Virus record (IMG/VR): IMGVR_UViG_3300021431_000125
Length of the DNA stretch: 64,000 nt
Direction: 5' to 3' (one strand)
From: a virus
Within the stretch, counting starts at the first letter, position 1, and each line of letters begins with the position of its first letter. This document shows, in pieces, positions 58,373 to 64,000 of this stretch. The position numbers and the translations under genes were made by a program. The notes below the pieces were generated by a model. It was not told where the DNA came from. It searched no databases and saw only the letters and a list, made by a program, of their open reading frames with translations.

Positions 58373-58476
58373 TATCAGTACCTAACAAATGTTCATTGCC
58401 TTCATAAGGAATACAATAAGCATATATCAGTACCTAACAAATGTTCATTGCCTTCATAAGGAATACAATAAGCATA
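58373..58476. repeat. perfect 52-bp tandem duplication (2 copies)
   Basis: TATCAGTACCTAACAAATGTTCATTGCCTTCATAAGGAATACAATAAGCATA x2, 58373-58424 and 58425-58476. Confidence 0.9.
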
Positions 58477-58857
58477 ACTAGAACCCATACATTGATACTT
58501 ATAAATTCCTTCTTCCATGCGTTCAAATAGTTCTATTCTCCATGGGGAGTCATCGTCTCTTACAAGTACCCTATCAAAAGGCTTAAAGTTATATTCTATT
58601 ACGGGTGCTTCTTTTACGAGTGTTTTAAATGTAGTCCAATCCCTGTTTTCTTTAGAAGGAAATAACATACATTCACCATTATGTTCCTTATACAATTTTC
58701 CCTCTGAAGTAAACGTTGAGTAATATCCGTTAGTGCTTTTTACTAATATAGGATATTCTTCACTGTCATTAGCCCCATGAAAGAAAACATCTCCAAATAT
58801 AGGTGAATAAAGTTTAGTTCCTTTTGGACAATCTTTTAAAATTTCTGCTATATTCAT
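58402..58857 (-). CDS. hypothetical protein whose 3' end carries a perfect 52-bp tandem duplication
   Basis: ORF track; duplication 58373-58476 changes C-terminus (GTDICLLYSL vs GTDKCV). Confidence 0.5.
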   Translation of the reverse strand: MNIAEILKDCPKGTKLYSPIFGDVFFHGANDSEEYPILVKSTNGYYSTFTSEGKLYKEHNGECMLFPSKENRDWTTFKTLVKEAPVIEYNFKPFDRVLVRDDDSPWRIELFERMEEGIYKYQCMGSSYAYCIPYEGNEHLLGTDICLLYSL

Positions 58858-58943
58858 TTTATTTAAAATAATTATAATGTTTACTACAAGTTATTATGCC
58901 AATAGTTATATTCCATTGATTAACATTAAATTGATTTTTCATT

Positions 58944-59336
58944 TCATAATTCTTTTAAATTAGTTTTATCATCTTTATACTGTTCAATAAGCCATTTAAG
59001 AAAATCCAACCTACCTGTATTCCATTCACCTTCTGGCCACCAATACTTACTATATGGAGTTTCATAAGGTCTAGATGGAGTTTCATAAGGTATAGCATTA
59101 AATAGGCTATTAGCATTATTATTAGTAAATAATGGAAATATATTTTTAATCATACAAGGAACAGTTATGCCATAATGTTCTAGAGCATAACGAATGGTTA
59201 TACACAAACCTCCATAGTTTTCCTTAATAGAAAAATATCTGTGATGTTTTAAAGCATACTCAAGAATATCTTTCTTATAAACACATTTAAGTGTTTTAGG
59301 AAACCAACACTTTTGTATTTCTTTAATTATGTTCAT
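58944..59336 (-). CDS. hypothetical protein
   Basis: ORF track. Confidence 0.45.
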   Translation of the reverse strand: MNIIKEIQKCWFPKTLKCVYKKDILEYALKHHRYFSIKENYGGLCITIRYALEHYGITVPCMIKNIFPLFTNNNANSLFNAIPYETPSRPYETPYSKYWWPEGEWNTGRLDFLKWLIEQYKDDKTNLKEL

Positions 59337-59339
59337 AAT

Positions 59340-59708
59340 TTAAATTAGATTGATTAAACAATATTTTATCGCTGCTTCACAGGCTTGTTCATAAAATATT
59401 GAACAATTTTGATAAACGGTAGTTTTATTTTTGTAGATAGTATAATTATAATCCTCATGAACAATCATATCTGTTTCGATTGTCGGAAATATTGAAATAT
59501 CAATATCATAAGATTCTCTTAGCCATTTAAGAACCATTTGATGAGTTGGCGCTGATATAAATGGAATATCTTTCTCATTCCAGCATATATCTGGATTATT
59601 AGTTGAAAATCCTCCTTTGGAATCATATACCCCATAAGTTCGCTCATTGAACCCTTTTTCTTTCAGAAGTCTTGCAACTTCAAATGATATGTAATCTTCG
59701 GTAATCAT
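59340..59708 (-). CDS. paralog family A member
   Basis: YISFEVARLLKEKGFN...QMVLKWLRESYDI...YEQACEAAIKYCLINL. Confidence 0.55.
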   Translation of the reverse strand: MITEDYISFEVARLLKEKGFNERTYGVYDSKGGFSTNNPDICWNEKDIPFISAPTHQMVLKWLRESYDIDISIFPTIETDMIVHEDYNYTIYKNKTTVYQNCSIFYEQACEAAIKYCLINLI

Positions 59709-59720
59709 AATAAATTATTT

Positions 59721-61241
59721 TTAATAATCAGTACAAAGTGCAAGTCGGATTGTGTCTTCTCCAAGAATTTCTATTGCTTTTTTAGCAAGTTCTTCCGATT
59801 TAAAGTAAACATCGAGACAAGGTGTACTAGTTAAATATCCAACTGTTATTTCACCATCGAGCATCGATATATAATATTTATGCTTTACTACATCACACCA
59901 ATCAGGTTGCCACCCATCGTTAAGATATTTAGCAACATTCATGAGCATATTAATAGCACGGAGTTTTTCAAATTGCCGTTTACTGGTTGCATTACATCGA
60001 TAATGGCAACCTTCATCCCCATCATTATAAAATTCAGCATAACCACCAAGGTCATCTATGGTATGAATAAAATTATCTTTAAATAACTCTCTCGCTACAT
60101 CTTTATAAGTAAGTTTCTTCTCAATCCTCTTCAATTCCTTCTTCCCAGCGTCCCATTCATAACCCGCTTCTTGCATCTTTTGGAACAGGCGGTCACGCTG
60201 TTCTTTGGTGGCTGGTTTAGACGATTCTTTATATCCACAATGAATTGCATCATCAGCAGTACAGAAATTATTAGTAATGCTTACACAACAATAAAAATGT
60301 GCCTCTATACCATCAGTATTTTTATATATAAATGGACAACCATTCTCACTGGCAAGTATATCACCGTCCTTTGCGTCTTGAATTGTCCAAAGATGAAATT
60401 GAGACTCGCAAAATTTCTTTGATATTTCACGTGTCTTTTCATCATCACAATATTGCACTATATAATTTCCTTCTATACTTATAATTTGACATGGATTATC
60501 TATAGTAATCCAATCTCCTTCACTGAACTCTTGTTTTGGTTGAGGTCTAAGGGATTTTTTTTGGAAGAAATCAATTGCAGCACTCCAGCCATCATCAAAG
60601 GTCGGCTCATCGCTATGATATTCAATTTTATCAAGAACATCATTATAGGCATTTTTCTTTGCTTGAGCAAGTTCTTCATCAGTAACAGTAAAATTCTGTG
60701 GCTGGACACGTTCTTTAAGGGATTTGAGCCAATCTATTTTGTCTTGTGCAATATTCTTTTCAAATACAGTTGAAGAGTTTGATTTAATTGCCTCTATTTC
60801 ATTAATTACCTGCGCCCACATCTTTTCATCATCTTCACCCCAAAGAATTTTTACACAATTCTGATTATCAGCTTTTTCTTCATTCATAACATCAAGCATA
60901 GTTTTACCTTGGTCAAAAGCTTTCTTTTGTATGCAAGGAAAGTTGCAACAATTAAGCATAGGATGATTGCATTTTTCGCAAGGGTCTTGAGTTTCTTTAC
61001 CCTGCTTTTCAAGCCAATCAATCCATGGTGTTACCTTTTCATCTGTTATATTTTCACTTACAAAAGGAGATTTAAGGAAATTAATTAGACCTTTCCTTAT
61101 CTTCTCATCCTCGCTCATTTCGAGTTCAAGAATCATTCTTTCTGCCTTTTCTCTGCAGTCGGCTAACATATAAGGATATAAGTCTTTGATAGACTTTGCT
61201 AAATGTTCATACTTCTGTTTGTAATTTTCCATTTTATTCAC
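59721..61241 (-). CDS. family C repeat protein (506 aa, Cys-rich central part)
   Basis: MENYKQKYEHL..., PWIDWLEKQGKETQD, KIDWLKSLKERVQPQ, KKSLRPQPKQEFSEGD repeats; paralog of 56615-57661. Confidence 0.6.
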   Translation of the reverse strand: MNKMENYKQKYEHLAKSIKDLYPYMLADCREKAERMILELEMSEDEKIRKGLINFLKSPFVSENITDEKVTPWIDWLEKQGKETQDPCEKCNHPMLNCCNFPCIQKKAFDQGKTMLDVMNEEKADNQNCVKILWGEDDEKMWAQVINEIEAIKSNSSTVFEKNIAQDKIDWLKSLKERVQPQNFTVTDEELAQAKKNAYNDVLDKIEYHSDEPTFDDGWSAAIDFFQKKSLRPQPKQEFSEGDWITIDNPCQIISIEGNYIVQYCDDEKTREISKKFCESQFHLWTIQDAKDGDILASENGCPFIYKNTDGIEAHFYCCVSITNNFCTADDAIHCGYKESSKPATKEQRDRLFQKMQEAGYEWDAGKKELKRIEKKLTYKDVARELFKDNFIHTIDDLGGYAEFYNDGDEGCHYRCNATSKRQFEKLRAINMLMNVAKYLNDGWQPDWCDVVKHKYYISMLDGEITVGYLTSTPCLDVYFKSEELAKKAIEILGEDTIRLALCTDY

Positions 61242-61914
61242 CTTTCATATAGTTTCTGAAAACTTCGATAAATCCATCAATCATACCGCTTTCACCTTCC
61301 ATTTCATCATACCATGTATAATCGTCGGCATTTTTTCTTAACCATTCAGCCGCTTTCTCAATAAAGGTATCAGTGCGGGTGTATTCAATGTTTTCTTCTC
61401 CTGGCTCAGGCTCTTCTGTCCAAACATCATCAAAGAAAAGTTTACTTTTATCGAATTTTGCATCTTCTTCGCTGACATCGAAAGATTGAATGTATATTTT
61501 CTCTGGTGCTTCGTTTGCTTTCATAATTTTTTCTCCTTTCTGTATATACCCGTTTTCAAGAAGCCAAACTACCATGTTATAGGCGGCTTCAATATAAGTA
61601 TTGTTTTTTACACGATGGTTGTCTGTTACTACTCCATTATGGACAAACGTTATATCAACACTAACACCTGTTCGGTTGGAATTAGTTTGTACACCGTCAG
61701 GCATCACCTCCAACAAGGCACCAAGAGACCAACAAGGGATGTAGTTAGTCTTGTCCTTAATTTCATGATAATTCTGGCAAAGCGTTACGCCATTGAACGC
61801 CGCTAGTCCATTACAGTAGGTATTGTCTTTAACAATAGACATGTCAGCTGTATCAGGATTCAATCCTAATTCTACCAATTTCTTACTCTGTTCTGTTGTT
61901 GTATAGTATATCAT
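61234..61914 (-). CDS. family D protein with C-terminal acidic extension
   Basis: MIYYTTTEQSKKLVELGLNP...WLLENGYIQKGEK then KANEAPEK... extension shared with N-terminus of 62704-63165. Confidence 0.5.
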   Translation of the reverse strand: MIYYTTTEQSKKLVELGLNPDTADMSIVKDNTYCNGLAAFNGVTLCQNYHEIKDKTNYIPCWSLGALLEVMPDGVQTNSNRTGVSVDITFVHNGVVTDNHRVKNNTYIEAAYNMVVWLLENGYIQKGEKIMKANEAPEKIYIQSFDVSEEDAKFDKSKLFFDDVWTEEPEPGEENIEYTRTDTFIEKAAEWLRKNADDYTWYDEMEGESGMIDGFIEVFRNYMKGE

Positions 61915-61916
61915 CG

Positions 61917-62234
61917 TTATTCTTGTTTTAGTTTCTCTAATGCCATTTGTAACGCTATAGGAACTTTCTCATTGTACCAGTCTCTAACAATCCGTCTGCA
62001 ATCGTCTTTAGATTTCCCGTAGAGAATGTCACTTTCTATAAGAGTGTAATCTTTACCGTCAGAATAATGCTTACCATCTTCGTCTTCTGGTATATGAAAA
62101 CAACTTAAGAATATGATTGAACATATTACTGAATTGTCAGGATAATATCTTGTGTCACAATTTATAACCTGAAAGTCAAGGTCTTCTTTCCCTTGGCAGT
62201 CTTTTGTCCATACTGCATTTTTTGTAACATCCAT
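61917..62234 (-). CDS. hypothetical protein
   Basis: ORF track. Confidence 0.45.
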   Translation of the reverse strand: MDVTKNAVWTKDCQGKEDLDFQVINCDTRYYPDNSVICSIIFLSCFHIPEDEDGKHYSDGKDYTLIESDILYGKSKDDCRRIVRDWYNEKVPIALQMALEKLKQE

Positions 62235-62249
62235 CCTATTCTCCTTTTT

Positions 62250-62714
62250 TTACTGTTTCTTTCGAATAATTAAATCTACCTCGTCGTTCCAAGATAGTCC
62301 TCCATATCCTTTATCGAAGCAATCTGATTCAACATAAGAATTGCCGTGTGTACCAGGTAACACCCTACCGTGAATGTTCGCTCCCTGTCTTGCCATCCAT
62401 TCTGCCCCTGCTTTAAAGGCATCTTCAATTGCCTGTGAAGGAAACCATACATCGTGCTCTCCATTGACTACTCGTGCTTCACCATCATAAGGGCAATCAT
62501 TTTCATAATAATTCTCTGCCGCCTCATCAAGGTTGGGGAAAATGGAAGTCTGCTCCTGCTGGAGAGATTCAATAATAGAAATGCCTTGAATAAATCCCGC
62601 ATCTCTCCCGTGTTCCCATTCATCATAATGCCTATCGTGAACAGTCGGTATTAGATGTTTTCTAATCTTGGCTTTCAGCTTTTCCGCGTCAATGTATTTC
62701 ATACTATTCCCCAT
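62250..62714 (-). CDS. hypothetical protein
   Basis: ORF track. Confidence 0.5.
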   Translation of the reverse strand: MGNSMKYIDAEKLKAKIRKHLIPTVHDRHYDEWEHGRDAGFIQGISIIESLQQEQTSIFPNLDEAAENYYENDCPYDGEARVVNGEHDVWFPSQAIEDAFKAGAEWMARQGANIHGRVLPGTHGNSYVESDCFDKGYGGLSWNDEVDLIIRKKQ

Positions 62715-63165
62715 TCATATAGATGTTAAAATCCTGTTCAGGTTTATCAATATACTTCCAATAAAGAACATCTTCCCAATTTGTTCTACCTTCCCATCCT
62801 GTGTCTGAGAAGTAGTAGCATAAATCATATAGCCATATACCGTCTTCCATATTTTTGTTTCTGCAAGCAGTAAGAACTTTTTCACCACTTTTAGGAAACT
62901 TTATTTTTGTACTAATCCATTCTATATTAATTTTCTCAATATTGGGTATATCTTCAAGCAGTTTGTCTTTTATCTCTTTAAGATACTTGGCGTCTGTGTG
63001 CTCATTAAGAGACTCAAGAACATTGATTGCATTATTCAATCTCTTGATATGCTCTTTTGTCAAGCCGATAGACCCATAGTTCCACAGCCAATCACAAGTC
63101 TTATATTTCTCTGGCACTTCGTTTGCTTTCATCATCTTCACTGCATTCTGTTGGTTTCTGTTCAC
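62704..63165 (-). CDS. hypothetical protein
   Basis: ORF track. Confidence 0.5.
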   Translation of the reverse strand: MNRNQQNAVKMMKANEVPEKYKTCDWLWNYGSIGLTKEHIKRLNNAINVLESLNEHTDAKYLKEIKDKLLEDIPNIEKINIEWISTKIKFPKSGEKVLTACRNKNMEDGIWLYDLCYYFSDTGWEGRTNWEDVLYWKYIDKPEQDFNIYMNGE

Positions 63166-63168
63166 CAG

Positions 63169-63459
63169 TTATTTTTTAATCAATTTATCTCCAAGTCTAT
63201 AATATTCATGCCGTTCTAGAAACATATCAAATATTGTTTCATGAAAGCAAGTAATCCAGTTGAATGGCTCCTGTGGATTTAGTCCTTCACCGACGCAAAC
63301 TCCTTTGAGAAATGAAAGTATAATGCGAATGTTGCTTACATCATCAATACCGATTGACTTGTTGGATTCCCACATTTCGTCAAGAATATCTACAGCATCG
63401 CAACAAATCTTGACTTTTTTAAACTTTTCGGTCAGTTCGTTTATTCTCTTGTATTCCAT
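63169..63459 (-). CDS. hypothetical protein
   Basis: ORF track; class-I promoter 30 nt upstream. Confidence 0.45.
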   Translation of the reverse strand: MEYKRINELTEKFKKVKICCDAVDILDEMWESNKSIGIDDVSNIRIILSFLKGVCVGEGLNPQEPFNWITCFHETIFDMFLERHEYYRLGDKLIKK

Positions 63460-63488
63460 ATTTCCTGGATTTTTAAATTTTACATCAA

Positions 63489-63515
63489 TATAACCGTTTT
63501 CTGTCAGTTTTTTCC
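63489..63515 (-). promoter_or_regulatory. class-I promoter-like element
   Basis: TATAACC-N12-TTTTTTCC; 30 nt to ATG 63459. Confidence 0.6.
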
Positions 63516-63774
63516 GTGAGAAGGAATATTATCTTCAAGATTAAATTCTCTCAGATAAAGGTCTCTACAACATGACTCACTTAAACCGCCTTTATAGTAG
63601 GCATATCTTTTATCAATACCATTCATTATCCTGTTGGCTTCATTCTTGTCTGTGTATATTGTAGTTGAATAGGGTACATACTCAATATGCCCTGAAGATG
63701 AATACCAGTCATCATCATCCACTTCCCAGACCTCCATCCATATTTGATAGGTTTTCATATTTGTATTTTACTAA

Positions 63775-63990
63775 TTAAAATTTGTACATACCTTCAGGCG
63801 CCTCAAGAGCAAGACCTTTCTCTATAAGTCCTCTGTAATCGAAGTGATGAGAATTAAGCCAATCGATGGCATCCATTGAGAATGTTGAAGGATATTTGAT
63901 TCTTCCTGCTTCATCAGGATAACCATTGTAGATTTCAATGCAGTAAGAAGTGCTATGATGACCCTTCCAATCCTCCTCACAATATCTCAC
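63775..63990 (-). CDS. family B C-terminal-domain protein
   Basis: DWLNSHHFDYRGLIEKGLALEAPEGMYKF. Confidence 0.45.
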   Translation of the reverse strand: MRYCEEDWKGHHSTSYCIEIYNGYPDEAGRIKYPSTFSMDAIDWLNSHHFDYRGLIEKGLALEAPEGMYKF

Positions 63991-64000
63991 ATTTAATAGT

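Noticed and set aside
58373-58476. 52-bp tandem repeat as a minimal CRISPR array or attachment site
   Set aside because: Only two contiguous identical units with no spacer; lies inside the 3' end of a coding sequence.
3249-63515. Repeated 27-bp intergenic element as a CRISPR array or as rho-independent terminators
   Set aside because: Copies are kilobases apart with genes between them, not repeat-spacer arrays. The two conserved blocks are mirror-symmetric rather than inverted, so no RNA hairpin forms. Position 27-35 nt upstream of starts fits a promoter better.
1-64000. Alternative genetic code (stop-codon reassignment) as in some large Bacteroidota phages
   Set aside because: TAA, TAG and TGA all terminate well-delimited, back-to-back ORFs throughout the window. 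The single in-frame TGA at 41315 is an isolated case.

Overview
This 64-kb window is an almost strictly unidirectional array of about 135 short, tightly packed or slightly overlapping minus-strand genes. The only interruption is a 3-gene plus-strand island at 37678-39137. I found no recognisable capsid, tail, terminase or replisome genes, and no rRNA, tRNA or CRISPR. The gene content reads like the early or accessory region of a large, probably jumbo, virulent phage. Start codons lack Shine-Dalgarno sequences and sit behind A/T-rich leaders, which suggests a Bacteroidota-type host (inference).

Calls I can support from motifs:
- thioredoxin (499-801)
- Thg1-like 3'-5' nucleotidyltransferase (3577-4395)
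- calcineurin-like metallophosphatase (5044-5910)
- HAD phosphatase (6994-7461)
- ASCH-domain protein (10197-10826)
- tandem SLOG/DprA-like Rossmann protein (12579-13526)
- two Dam-family (D12) N6-adenine methyltransferases (14189-15025, 35053-35826)
- SmpB (15357-15800)
- Pnk-like P-loop kinase (19462-20397)
- ECF-type sigma factor (23060-23599)
- classical AAA ATPase (24205-25518)
- Pol-beta-superfamily nucleotidyltransferase (30456-31250)
- Rnl2-family RNA ligase (34061-34999)
- SPFH/band-7 protein (39674-40465)
- DUF262/ParB-like (GmrSD N-domain) protein (52201-52800)

Most other ORFs are hypothetical, and additional ORFs under about 85 aa fill most remaining gaps.

The most striking non-coding signal is 14 intergenic copies of a rigidly spaced element, TATAACC-N12-TTTTTTC(C) on the plus strand, which reads GGAAAAAA-N12-GGTTATA in mRNA sense. 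All copies are oriented with the genes, and most sit 27-35 nt upstream of a start codon. I read this as a promoter class probably served by the phage-encoded ECF sigma. A second, sigma-A-like extended -10 element (TGTATATTAA) recurs upstream of other genes and of the plus-strand island.

Other notable features:
- several paralogous gene families expanded to 3-6 copies
- a tandemly duplicated two-gene module with internal protein repeats
- a perfect 52-bp tandem duplication
- nested palindromes in the divergent control region at 37.5 kb
- a zinc-ribbon ORF interrupted by an in-frame TGA
- two factor-independent terminator hairpins
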